DNA of 64,000 nt from Macrostomum hystrix. Lineage: Eukaryota > Animalia > Platyhelminthes. Where the stretch lies: contig CATNEN010000002.1 of NCBI GenBank assembly GCA_950097015.1, positions 7,378,001 to 7,442,000 of the forward strand, in the 5' to 3' direction. The position numbers and the translations under genes are program-made. Positions 12,705 through 24,789 of this stretch are shown here, in pieces. A model generated the notes under the pieces. That model was not told the origin of the DNA, ran no database searches, and worked only from the letters and a program-made list of their open reading frames with translations. Every line of letters begins with the position of its first letter. Positions within the stretch are counted from its first letter, which is position 1.

Positions 12705-13168
12705 GTAAAAAATTGACAACCTCTAACAATATGGCACTTAGCTTAAATAGAATTTAGTCTGAATTGACCCCCTCTAACAAAATGGCATTTAGCGAATTTG
12801 ACCCCCTCTAACAAAATGGCATTTAGCGAATTTGACCCCTCTAACAAAATGGCATTTAGCGAATTTGACCCCCTCTAACAAAATGGCATTTAGCGAATTT
12901 GACCCCCTCTAACAAAATGGCATTTAGCGAATTTGACCCCCTCTAGCAGAATGGCATTTAGCGAATTTGACCCCCTCTAACAAAATGGCATTTAGCCGAA
13001 TTTGACCCCCTCTAACAAAATGGCATTTAGCCGAATTTGACCCCCCCTAACAAAATGGCATTTAGCCGAATTTGACCCCCTCTAACAAAATGGCATTTAG
13101 CCTGAATTGAACCCCTCTAACAAAATGGCATTTAGCCTGAATTGACCCCCTCTAACAAAATGGCATTT
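12705..13168. repeat. 34-bp minisatellite (CTCTAACAAAATGGCATTTAGCGAATTTGACCCC)n
   Basis: Period 34-35 (12781, 12815). Confidence 0.95.
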
Positions 13169-13397
13169 GGAGTCTAAATAGACATTTCCTAAAAAACGTT
13201 AAAAAATCATTCGAGAAAATTCAAATCACAGACCAAAAAACTCAATGACGCAACACACACACACGCAAAAGAACAATAAGCACAGGCAAAGTCAAAAACG
13301 TGCATTGTGTTTAGAAAGCAGAGATAAGCTTTAATAAATTATTCGGCACTTCAAAGGAATCGTGTGCATTGCTCGCTACTGACTGGCTGGGTTGATT

Positions 13398-16300
13398 TCA
13401 CAGGTTAATGACCCTAGGCTTGCAGTCGTCGTGTTTGGCCAATGAAAGCGAGGCGCCCAGATCTGCTCCGTCAAAATTGGTGACCCGCTGAGCGGTTAGC
13501 AGGAATTCGTCTATGGTAGCCTCGGTGCAATGGCCAATGAAGCGAATGAAGGGCCGGACGTCGCCCTCGTTGGCCTCTTTAATCAGCTGATAGTAGATGG
13601 CTCGCTCTTCTACACGGACAATGGCTGGCGGATATCCGGAGCGCATGAGGATCAGGTTCATCAGCAGCCTGGAAACATTTTCAGTGTACTTTTGTGCAAG
13701 CCAAGCAGAAACATTCGAGTAGATTTCTGAGATCATTTAAAACTGTGATTCATTTATTAACATTCCAAAAACGTTAGGAAGAGAACGTGAAATGTATTTT
13801 TTCATTTAAAGTAGCTGTCAGAAACACTTAGAAACTGTCAGGAAACTGTCAGAAACTTTCAGACACACTAAGGAACATTCAGAAACTATTAAGAACTGTC
13901 ACTCTGTCTCAGGAACTGTCAGAAACTGTCAGGAAACTGTCAGAAACTGACAGGAACTGTCAGGAAACTGTCAGGAAACTGTCAGAAACTGACAGACACA
14001 CTAAGGAACATTCAGAAACTATAAAGAACTGTCACTATGTCTTAGGAATTGTCAGAAAAACCCTTTTAAACGCTAAGAAACCCTCAGAAACAGTAAGAAA
14101 CCCTCAGAAACTGTAAGAAACCCTTAGAAACTGTAAGAAAACTTCAGAAACTGTAAGAAACCTTCAGAAACTGTAAGAAACGTCAAAAAAACCTTTCAGA
14201 ACGGTCTGAAACACTCAGAAGCTGTCAAAAACCACCAGGAACTATCAGAAAGCCCTTTAAACGGTCAGAAACCCTCCGAAACTGTCAGAAACCCTCAGAA
14301 ACTGTCAGAAACCCTCAGAAACTGTCAGAAACCCTCAGAAACTGTCAGAAACCCTCAGAAACTGTCAGAAACCCTCAGAAACTGTAAGAGACCTTATTTT
14401 AATGTAAGGAATCCGAAAAAAACTATGAAGAACTTTTAGAAAATCAAAGAATGTAGGTAAAAAGGTTCTTCAAAAGCACAATTCTTAAAAAAACTTCTAA
14501 AGAGTCACTTACCGAGCTGTCCGACCATTGCCATCGTAGAACGGATGAATATACACCAGTTTCCAATGGGCCAGTGCAGCCACCTCAACCGGATGCAGCT
14601 CGGCTGTGTCCTCGGAGTTCAGCCAGGCGAGAAAGTCGGTCATGAGGCTGGGCACCAGGCGGGCCGGCGGCGGCTCAAAGTCAGCGATAAACACCTGAAG
14701 AGAGATTCGGAGTTTTTTATCATGACCGATATTTAACCATGAAATCTAACATGATCATATAGAAAGTACAAGTGTGTTAATCCTAAAGTATTAGGATTGC
14801 TGAATTCTAAACCCAAAACTGTTTCATCTTAAACCAGAAACTGTCGATCCCCAAACCCGAAAAATGTCGAATTCCTAATCCCGAAACAGCTTATTCCTAA
14901 TCCCGAAACTGTTGAATCCTAATCCCGAAACAGCTTATTCCTAATCCAGAAACTGTTGAATCCTAATCCCGAAACAGCTTATTCCTAATCCCGAAACTGT
15001 TGAATCCTAATCCCGAAACAGCTTATTCCTAATCCAGAAACAGCTCATTCATAATCCCGAAACAGCTTATTCCTAATCCCGAAACTGTTGAATCCTAATC
15101 CCGAAACAGCTTATTCCTAATCCAGAAACAGCTCATTCATAATCCCGATTCTCGTCAAACCCGAATGCTTTAACCTTATATTCGTCAAATCCAAAACTCG
15201 AAACAGTTGAATTCCTAACCCGAAAGCATCTATCTGAAAACTCGAGCCTCTAAACTGGAACCTAAATTCAAGGTTCCAACTAGTTAGCCCTAAATCCCGC
15301 AGCCCCAGCTCACTTGCGTATTCCTGAGTCGGCCGGCCTCCTGCAGATCCACGAAGCCTAGCACGCGGCGGTGAATCTCAAGCAGGTCGTTCAGCTGCAG
15401 CGGTCCCGGCTTTCTCAACAGGCTGCTATTGAGAAACATCAGGGCAGCGTCCAGGCCCAGGACCTCGTTCTGCTCCAGCAGGCTCTTGCCACCCACGGCG
15501 ATGCGAGTCTCAAGGATGGCCCGGGTCTGGGCCAGGCTCAGTGTGTTGCCCTCGATGGCATTGCTGTGGTACACGTAGCGGAAGTAGTGCTCCTTCTTCA
15601 ATCGCCGCAGGCCCGGGTGCGTCTCGGGGATGTGGTAGTACTGGAACACCTTCTGGTCGATACGATTGAACCGAGCCTGGTCGATCTGCTCCACCAATGG
15701 GAGGGTGCGCTTCCGAGAGGCCTTGGCCTGTGGAGGGAATTAATCGATTTGGTTAGATCGGCGCCATGTGATCTGGGAATTTAACTATCCTAAATTGGGA
15801 TCTGGGAATTTAACTATCCTAAATTGGGATCTGGGAATTTAACTATCCTAAATTGGGATCTGGGAATTTAACTATCCTATATTGGGATCTGGGAATTTAA
15901 CTATCCTAAATTGGGATATGGGAATTTAACTATCCTAAATTGGGATCTGGGAATTTAACTATCCTAAATTGGGATCTGGGAATTTAACTATCCTAAATTG
16001 GGATCTGGGAATTTAACTATCCTAAATTGGGATATGGGAATTTAACTATCCTAAATTGGGATCTGGGAATTTAACTATCCTATATTGGGATCTGGGAATT
16101 TAACTATCCTAAATTGGGATATGGGAATTTAACTATCCTAAATTGGGATATGGGAATTTAACTATCCTAAATTGGGATATGGGAATTTAACTATCCTAAA
16201 TTTGGATATGGGAATTTAACTATCCTAATTTGGGATCTGGGAATTTAACTATCCTAAATTGGGATCTGGGAATTTAACTATCCTAAATTGGGATCTGGGA

Positions 16301-19102
16301 ATTTAACTGTCCTAAATTGGGATATGGGAATTTAACTATCCTAAATTGGGATATGGGAATTTAACTATCCTAAATTGGGATATGGGAATTTAACTATCCT
16401 AAATTGGGATATAGGAATTTAACTATCCTAAATTGGGATATGGGAATTTAACTATCCTAAATTGGGATCTGGGAATTTAACTATCCTAAATTGGGATATG
16501 GGAATTTAACAATCCTGAATTGGGATCTGGGCAGTAGATAATACTGGGAGATGGGAATTCGACAATCCTAAATTGGGGAGATGGGAATTCGACAATCCAA
16601 AGTGAGGATCAGCCAGATCTATTACATTCTCACCTTTTCATTAGTAGGATCAGCTAGAAGTGCTTTGCCATAGAAGTGCTCAGCCTTGACATAGTCCGGT
16701 GGCCGGTGCTGCTCAAACACCTCGCCATAGGCTGCCATGGCCTCCGAGTCGTAGGGATTAAGAAGGCGGGCATGCTCGAGCAGCCGTTTGGCCTTGGCCA
16801 GGTTGCCAGAGCGAAGAAACTCTCGGGCCAGTTTAAGAGTGTTGTTGGCCTCACGAATCAGGTCTGGGTAGGAGGTGAAAGTGGAACAATTAATAGGAGT
16901 CCAATGGTAAACTTCAGACTACGGATAAAAATAATCTGCTAGTGTTTAGTTGACCCTAGTGTAAAATGGGTAGCAGTGTCAGCGAGGGAATAAACATAGC
17001 TAGGTGGGGCAACCACACTAGTCTACAGAATGAACAGATACACTGTATTTGGAAACACTGTACAAAAGCTGGAGCAGTGCAATTGGCTATAAATATGGCT
17101 AAACTAGTCAAGCTGTGCATTTTTTGCTTTTATTTGTGAAAAACTGGATATGCACATATTTTACTTACTAAATAGTGAACATGAAATATGTTTTGAAAAT
17201 ATATGTTGTTTATAATGCATGAGTAGCTTATTATGAATTGTTACTAGCTAGCTATCCAGAGCTTTAGGAAAAGTAAATAAGATACTATCATCAAAATAAC
17301 CTAAAATAAATTTGCTATATTGCCATTGGCTTCTGCTTTAATTTTACTACAAAATATAAATGATCAAATATGATATTTTTGTTTCATTAAGAAAGCCAAG
17401 ACATAAGCATATATAGCCTTGCCTATAAATAATTAATTCATTGTTTTTCCTGCTATTGTAAAAATGCACAAAATTTTGTCAAAACATTTTACATAGTTAC
17501 ATAGAATTAAGGCAGTTGTTATTTGTCCGGTTAACCGGACAAATAGCCGTTTGATTATTCGTCCGGTTAACCAAGGTTGTAGGGGTTGTAGTGCTACCAC
17601 GAGAACCTCTATCATTTGTAAGATAAAACAATTAACAAGCTGCAAAAGGACAGTCATTCAGATTTGAAGTTTGTGTCTCAAATTATTTTCGCTTATCAGC
17701 TAATTAAAAAAATTAAAACCTTTTCCAGAAATTCGGTTGTTTCAGGGACTAACTTAGTTCAAGGGTATAGTTTGGTCTTTGTGAGGTCAAGATTCAAGAT
17801 GGCTATTAGCAGGGCAAGAGTGGTCTTTGGGAGGATCGTTGCTCCTGCTCATTGAAAGGGGAGAAATTAAGTCCTTGGGTGGTTAACCGGTTAACCAGAC
17901 GAATAACCAAATGGCTATTTGTCCGGTTAACCAGACAAATAACAACTACCTAGAATTAAATATTACATTTACCAATTAAAAATATATAGATCTTTGTCAA
18001 ATCAATGTCAAAGATCATTTGTTTAGTTAAATTCTTAACCCAAGAATTCTTGCTATCTAGCAATATTCATTAATAAACTCACACTTTATTATAAAGAATC
18101 TTGCTAAAAAGTATCAAATGTTTAAATTTAATTTATATTTTATATAAATTTCTATTTGTTGAATAAAAGCATATAATCTATTTTATGATACTATATTGAA
18201 AATTATCTGGCCCTACTATAATTGAAACCCTAATACAATTCTGTTATATCAGGACAGAAAAAATGATAGGACCTACTTTTAAAACAGCTATAGAACAGAA
18301 ATAGGCATGTTGCTGACCAACCTAGCAAACAGCTCTGGCAGACTGGCTATATAAAAAATAAATATTTATATACATTTTTGTTTTTATAGACCACATATTA
18401 CTATAATAAGTAAGAAAATTTCAAAATAAGATAATACTAACCAATAGACAAACTCAGCTTTTTAGCAGAGGTGAACTGAGTGACATTAATGAAGTTTTCC
18501 TCATTAGTAGGCCGATGGATCATAACATTCTTTAACAATATACTTCTTTGAATTTTTGCAGATAGAGCATATGTGCCTTGTTGTACATCAGAATCTAATA
18601 ATACATTCGAGTAATCATACATAGGTCTGGTAACAGATAACTGTGATTCCTGGGTTGTTGCAGAAGTAAGTTTTGAGGCATCATTTTTTGGCACATAAAA
18701 TTCTGATAGCCATGTTGACAGTTGATCTAATAATGTCACAGAAAGTTGCTCAGTTTCTTCCAATCCAACAAAAACTCCATCCCACAAAGCAGCAAAAACA
18801 TTCTTTATAGCTTGCTGTACATATCTGGCATATGATTGTCTTCTTAATTTAATGGTTTGGCTAGAATCACAAAATCCTGGATGAGATTGGCATGATGATA
18901 GGTCTCTGGGCAGTCTGGCAAATGTTGGATTATTGTGTGCTTGGCCATTGTCAGACTCATCCAATCCACTTAAACTGTCGCCACTTTTTTGAGTATTTTT
19001 TACAATATTTGGTTTAATGACAAAGAAGTATAAGTCTAATGACACGAGAAACAGTAAAGCATAGACGAATACAAGTTTTACAAATCTACTTGCGGACGAC
19101 AT
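13398..19102 (-). CDS. FICD: FIC-domain protein adenylyltransferase (FICD/HYPE), 5 exons, ~585 aa
   Basis: Exons 19102-18442, 16863-16634, 15727-15314, 14694-14513 and 13668-13398, phases 1,0,0,2, total 1758 nt. N-terminal TM, TPR pair ([21 protein letters not shown]), [10 protein letters not shown], inhibitory helix SNAIEGN, Fic motif [12 protein letters not shown], and C-terminal [14 protein letters not shown]. Confidence 0.96.
13815..14390. repeat. Degenerate (CTGTCAGAAA/CCCTCAGAAA) minisatellite in FICD intron 4
   Basis: 10/20-bp repeating units. Confidence 0.85.
14810..15150. repeat. 22-bp minisatellite (CCTAATCCCGAAACAGCTTATT)n in FICD intron 3
   Basis: Period 22 (14881, 14903, 14925). 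Confidence 0.9.
15770..16600. repeat. 29-bp minisatellite (GGGAATTTAACTATCCTAAATTGGGATCT)n in FICD intron 2
   Basis: Period 29 (15781, 15810). Confidence 0.96.
17511..17950. mobile_element. 440-bp MITE, Mutator-like (62-bp TIRs, 9-bp TSD)
   Basis: Left TIR GGCAGTTGTTATTTGTCCGGTTAACCGGACAAATAGCCGTTTGATTATTCGTCCGGTTAACC matches the reverse complement of the right end with 5 mismatches. Flanked by TAGAATTAA at 17502-17510 and 17951-17959. Confidence 0.88.
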
Positions 19103-19764
19103 GTTATTTTCAATTTCTTGTGAGGTTCGGCGCTTTACAAAGCAGCAAAAGTCTATAATAAAAATAGACTTATCCTAGATATGCTCTGTGCAAGTGTGCA
19201 ACAAGCAAGGAGGCTGCGGAGGCAAGGCACAGCTTGGAATTTCTTTCGCCAACTGCTTGTCTGATTCCGATATTTCAAAAAGCCAATATAAACGATCGAA
19301 TCTTATAATCAAGACATGCTGTCACAGTATTTAAGGAATTATACCGTCGATAGACCATTAAATGGTTATGCTCGTAGCCGCAGGTACACGTCAGCTTGTG
19401 ATTTGCAACCTTGAAGCTTTCTTTTTTATTAATTTAAATGTTAAAACGCGTTGTAAAAAAAGAAAAACAAAGTGATTCTGCGAATTGTAGTTAACATATT
19501 TTTATGGAGAGGGTTGATCGATATTTTAAAAGAAAACACTACTTAACTCACCAAAAATGCAGAAACCTTTTAAACTTGAATTAGCAACGAAGTCCAATAA
19601 ATTATCAAATCCAATCCAAAAGCATCTCATCTAAAGTCCTACATTCTTCTTAAAAACAGCTTGGAACCCCACGAATTGCAGCCTTTAACTCATAGATATT
19701 GACGAAAAGAATAACGTTATATACCTTCTCTTATTTGGGGGACTCTGATTGAGTGATAAGCGGG

Positions 19765-20196
19765 GTACTATATCACAAGTTCGAAATTTAATTTTCACAA
19801 CACCGAAAAGCATTTTTTCATAAGGTCGAAACTTCACAAGTTCGAAGTTTAACAACGTCGAAAGCTTTAGCAATTGACTTCATAAGCTCGAATTTTCACA
19901 AGCTCTTGCTACAGCTTTCGACGTTGTGAAGTTTCGAGCTTATGAAGTTTCGACCTAGTGAAGGTAGCTGCTATTTTAGTTTTCGACGTTGTGAAGTTTC
20001 GACCTTATGAAAATTCGAGCTTATGCAGTCCCTTGCTTGAGTTTTCGACCTTATGAAGTTTCGACCGAATGAAGTTTCGACCTTATGAAATTATCTGCTT
20101 TTCGAGTTTTCGATGTTGTTAAATTTCGTCCTTGTGAACTTTCGACCTTGTGAAGAATGGTGCTTTCGACGTGAAATTTCGAGTTGTGAAACCCCC
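19765..20196. mobile_element. Foldback/MITE-like imperfect palindrome made of TTTCGA-containing subrepeats
   Basis: Left half is rich in TCGAAA (TCACAAGTTCGAAATTT) and right half in TTTCGA (AAATTTCGAGTTGTGA). No TSD established. Confidence 0.5.
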
Positions 20197-20956
20197 CATA
20201 CATTGATGCATTGTTTTTGCATTCTGCATCTTATATTTGTTTGTGCATTTAGTTTAACACGACTGGCATGTTCTCGTTTGGTCTTGTTTTTATAAATTTG
20301 GTCTTTTCCAAATTATATGGTCCCATTTTCTCGGATTTCAATTCATACAGGAGACTGTTGATCGCTGCGATCAACATAGTTTATGTAACATATTAAACAC
20401 GTAATGCACGTTGAGAAATTAATACACACGTGTAAAGTTATTACTTAGACCAAACATACATTGAATATACACAGTACCAATCAACACAGCGTGCTCATAA
20501 ATTTTAACAATACTCCGTTGAGATTGCCAGGCGCACAATTAGGCTCATGTTTAAATAGTCTCACTGCAAGACGCGCATCAATTTATTTTCTGCTTAAAAG
20601 GAGCTTGAAAAACGAAACCCTCGGCGTAATTTAATATTCATTTTGAGCACTAGCTATAGAGCTGTCTTGTAGTGAATTATTACACGCATAGTATTAAATT
20701 GCACGATTCTAAAGAATCGCGTACTCGAACAATGCACACACAGATCTCGAGCCAATGCACTCGGCAAAGCGAATGGTCAGCTGCTCATACTTATGAGTAC
20801 TCAAAGTTTTTAACTGCATGCTCAGCAGCCCCTGGCCCCATCTCACCCGTTGCAACCAAATGCTCTACTTTAGAGGCAGGTGACAAAAACTTGAAAGGTT
20901 TAGAACGCCTGCGTCACGTTCAGCAGTTGGAAAGGCAGCAGCAGCAACACAGCATC

Positions 20957-23900
20957 ATGGCGACTGGAACTAGAAAAATCCTTGTGCTCTACACTAGCGG
21001 CGTCTTCGACATGCAGGTAGCCAAATTATCGTAGTTACATATTATATGTACAGTTGCGGCTTTGTGATTTCAGATTTCAGAAGTTAGGAGTTCGAATCTC
21101 AACCCGAGAAGACAGTTTTTGACCTTGTGTGGCAATTAATTCCTAATTAGCTCCCCCAGCTGCAAAATTGGTGCCGCCAGTATCAGGTGAGTTTAGCGGC
21201 CTCCAAAGTCTACGGACCGAGCAGCTATATACAGAGCCCTTAAAAGCTTTTCTGAAGCTTTCTCGGTTGTCTGAGTCTCCACCCGGATCACTCACAGAGA
21301 CGCACTGATATCAGTGCGATGCTAGCCCAGACAAAGACAAAGACAAAGACTAGGAACAAGGAGACTCGTACGTTCTTGTACTTCATTATTCCTTGGCGAT
21401 GTACCAATAAAAAGCTCCAACAAAATTATGTCCATGCAGGACCTTGGTCGCGGCTACGAGGTGGTCCAGAACCCCCTCGACGCAACGCTGCGATCGAACG
21501 CTCTCTTTCACGACGCCCAGCTGGCGAGCGTGCCCGAATTCCAAGGCCTGCTTGTGCTGCCGCAGCTGCGGCCTATCATTACCTACCGGGTGCTGCAGTA
21601 CGAGGACATTATCGACTCCAGCGACATGAGCACAGAGCTCTACGCTCGCATGGCTAGCGATCTTCTCAAGCACTACAAAGACTACGATGGCTTCTTGATC
21701 CTGCACGGCACGGACACACTGGCCTACACGGCCTCCGCGTTGTCCTTCATGTGCGAAAACTTGGGCAAGCCGATTCTGATGACTGGATCGCAGCTGCCGC
21801 TTCGGCATCTGCACAGCGACGCCAGGAACAACCTGCTGGAAGCCCTGGAAGTTGTTGGCCACTACACCATACCGGAGGTGGCCGTCTTATTCGAGCACAG
21901 CGTCTTCCGCGGCAATCGCGTCAGCAAGACAAACTCTACGGCGTTCAAAGCCTTCCAGAGCCCGAACCTGCCGCCACTGGCTACTCTGGGAGTCCAGATC
22001 GATATCAACTGGCCGATTGTGCTTAAGCCCACCGAGCTGAAGCCGTTCTCCGTGAGCACTGAGCTCTCCAGTCACGTGACCATCCTGCGCCTGTTCCCCG
22101 CAATTTCGGCCTCCACCATCGCGGCCTACGTGGCTCCGCCAATCGAGGGCGTCGTGTTGATGACCTACGGCACCGGGAGCGTCTCCAATCTGAAGCCGGA
22201 AGTGCTGCAGGTACTGCGCGATGCCATCCTGCGAGGTGTGGTCATTGTCAGCGTGACGCAGTGCCTGCGAGGCCCAGTTGGCTCAGGCAGCGACGCGGGC
22301 CGTGAGTTTTTAGATGTGCTCATGAACTACTTCAATAAGTAAAATAGTTGAAACTTGAGTAGCCCCGACCTCCGATTCACAGTTGACGCGCTACGCGAAA
22401 TCGGCGTTTGCCCCGGCCACGACATGACTGGCGAGGCGGCCGTGGCCAAGCTGATGCACGTCTGCGCCAGGCCGTGGACTCACGAGCAGAAGCTGGACGC
22501 CATGCAGCGCAGCCTGCGAGGCGAGCTGACGGAGCGCACCGAGGCCCGTCGGGTCAATGAGGCCGGCCGGCACCTGGAGCGACTGTCCGACGCGCTCGGC
22601 CTACAGTCGATCGAAATGGCGGACAGCCTGCAGAAGGACCTGCTGCCAATGCTGATGGCCGCCGCTATCCGGGATGACAACTCCGAGCTGCTGATGCACC
22701 TTGGCCAGTTGATTGGTCACTTTCAGGTGAGCGGAATATGAAAATAATATTTTTTCATTCTAAGAGCGTAGTTGGCTCTTGAATCAAGTAAAAAGTTTTT
22801 TCTTTATCCGATGAAACAACTTCCATAATCACAAAACATCGGTATCGTCGAGACATTCAGAGACTCTCGTCGGGGTGTCAGGTTGACAAAACCCACTAAT
22901 ACGGGCATTATTTTTCTGTTCACACAATTTCATCAAGGAACCATGTCGGCATGCTATGCCTGCGATGTTCATCAGTCGCAGGGACCATTTTTCTCAGCAT
23001 CCCAGCCACCAGGGTCCCCTTCATCATCGTTTGGAGCATCGGGGTGTTTCAGAAGAGGATTGTTTCAGTTCGGCTTTGGGATACCGATCGGTTGCTTTTG
23101 TTGAAAGTTCTGACAGTCGCCGCCGAAAAATCTCATTGGGACAGATTGACTCACATTATTGAACTTCGACAACAGTCGCTGAATATCTCGACGGTACTGA
23201 CACTGGGTAGACACTGGGTATTTAAAATGGTTATTTCCCGAGGGCGAAAAATGGCGTGGTCTTCCTTCTTTTAAGCAAAAAACATTGCATGCATAATAAT
23301 ACGAGCTAATAATAACTGCAGGATGGCGGCGGGCAATGGCACATCATTAAGTGACACTAGACCCGCAGCCAGCGAGGAGGCAATTCTGCCCATTTCGCTG
23401 ACTCCTGAGGACACACGCACACAGATACTGTACGCAGGCACACGCTCACACAGTTGCGTACACCTGTCCTGACTTTCTCATCGTCAGGCAGTGTACATTT
23501 CACTGTGCCGTGGAGGTTGGCCCTCAAGGGCGTAAAGTGCACGACAAGCCCCCTAGCCTTCTCTCCGCGGCTGCGCTCCAAATAAATGTGGCCTCGCCGC
23601 GGAATCGAACTTAGGGACCCTGGTGCGAGAGGCAAACGCGTTAACCGCTCTGCCACCGACCGCCATAATACATGGAAATGACAGGGCCATTTTCATCCCA
23701 CTGTCTATTGAAAGCTGGCTGACGGCGGCTCGGGTAGAACACCGCTGCACCACGCTGCGCACTTCGGCAGCGTCGCCTGCACGGAGCTGCTGCTCCGCAA
23801 TGGCGCCCTGTTGAACCAGACGGACGCTGATGGACGCACGCCGCTTCACCTGGCGGCCAGGCGGGGCCACAGCGGCGTCGTGGAGCTGCTGAAAGCCACC

Positions 23901-24227
23901 GGGGCGCGCCTCTCCACATCGAATCTGCACGAACTCGGCGCCTGGCTGTGTGCGCTGGCCGCCGAGGGCGACGTCGAAGGCCTCGTCAGTCTGGCGACGG
24001 CCGGCGCGGATCTTGACGCTGGCGACTACGATGGTCGGCGGGCGCTCCACATGGCGGCGGCCAGGGGTGACATCCGGGTCTGCAGGCGGCTGCTGGAGCT
24101 CGGAGCTAGTACGGACATTGTGGACAGCTTCGGCAGGACGCCGCTAGATGAGGCCAGTAAAGTGGCGGCCGCGGTCGGTGGCAGCGAAGATGTTCCGGAG
24201 CTGCTGAAGTTGCTGCGGCCTCATTAA
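20957..24227 (+). CDS. ASPG: Asparaginase + ankyrin-repeat protein (ASPG / 60 kDa lysophospholipase family), ~592 aa, probably catalytically altered
   Basis: Exons 20957-21016, 21440-22301, 22383-22726 and 23715-24227, phases 0,1,0, total 1779 nt. Motifs DSSDM, HGTDT, TGSQLP, IPEV, FRGNRVSK, DMTGEAAVAKL, SLRGELT, and ankyrin repeats GRTPLH and DYDGRRALH. Confidence 0.95.
23342..23662 (-). mobile_element. tRNA-derived SINE in ASPG intron 3
   Basis: Minus-strand head GGTCGGTGGCAGAGCGGTTAACGCG (A-box) ... AGTTCGATTCC (B-box), followed by a non-tRNA body and no CCA/acceptor stem. Confidence 0.7.
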
Positions 24228-24466
24228 CGTCGGCTTTTAGAATATATTTTTAGCTACTTCTGCATTGGATGGCCGCTGTTTTAGCGAACAAAAATATTAT
24301 GTTTTAAAAATGAGATGTTGTTCTTATTTAAAATATAATCAACAAACCTTTTGCTCCAAACCTGTTTTATATATAAATGACCCACTAAGCTTATTGGCCT
24401 GCACTATCTAAGCAACATAAGCGAATGAAAATTGGTTCTCATATATTTCACATTTCACATTTCAAA

Positions 24467-24789
24467 CTGGGTGTCAGAGTTGACTGCAGGGTGTCAGAGT
24501 TGACTGCTGGGTGTCAGAGTTGACTGCTGGGTGTCAGAGTTGACTGCTGGGTGTCAGAGTGGACTGCTGGGTGTCAGAGTGGACTGCTGGGTGTCAGAGT
24601 TGACTGCTGGGTGTCAGAATGGACTGCTGAGTGTCAGGGTGTCAGAATGGACTGCTGGGTGTCAGAATGGACTGCTGGGTGTCAGAGTGGACTGCTGGGT
24701 GTCAGAGTGGACTGCTGGGTATCAGAGTGGACTGCTGGGTATCAGAGTGGACTGCTGGGTGTCAGAGTGGACTGCTGGGTGTCAGAGTT
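24467..24789. repeat. 20-bp minisatellite (GGGTGTCAGAGTGGACTGCT)n
   Basis: 20-bp periodicity. Confidence 0.95.

Noticed and set aside
21301-21325. 18-bp perfect palindrome CGCACTGATATCAGTGCG followed by CTAG (Helitron 3' end?)
   Set aside because: The hairpin-to-CTAG spacing is only 3 nt, it is not followed by T, and no 5' TC end was identified.
21428-21439. ORF-track start MSMQ for the asparaginase
   Set aside because: It overlaps the acceptor TCCATGCAG, and upstream exon 20957-21016 supplies the homologous N-terminal motif.
23590-23662. tRNA gene
   Set aside because: A and B boxes are present, but there is no acceptor-stem closure and it continues into a SINE-like body. Likewise at 3800-3876.
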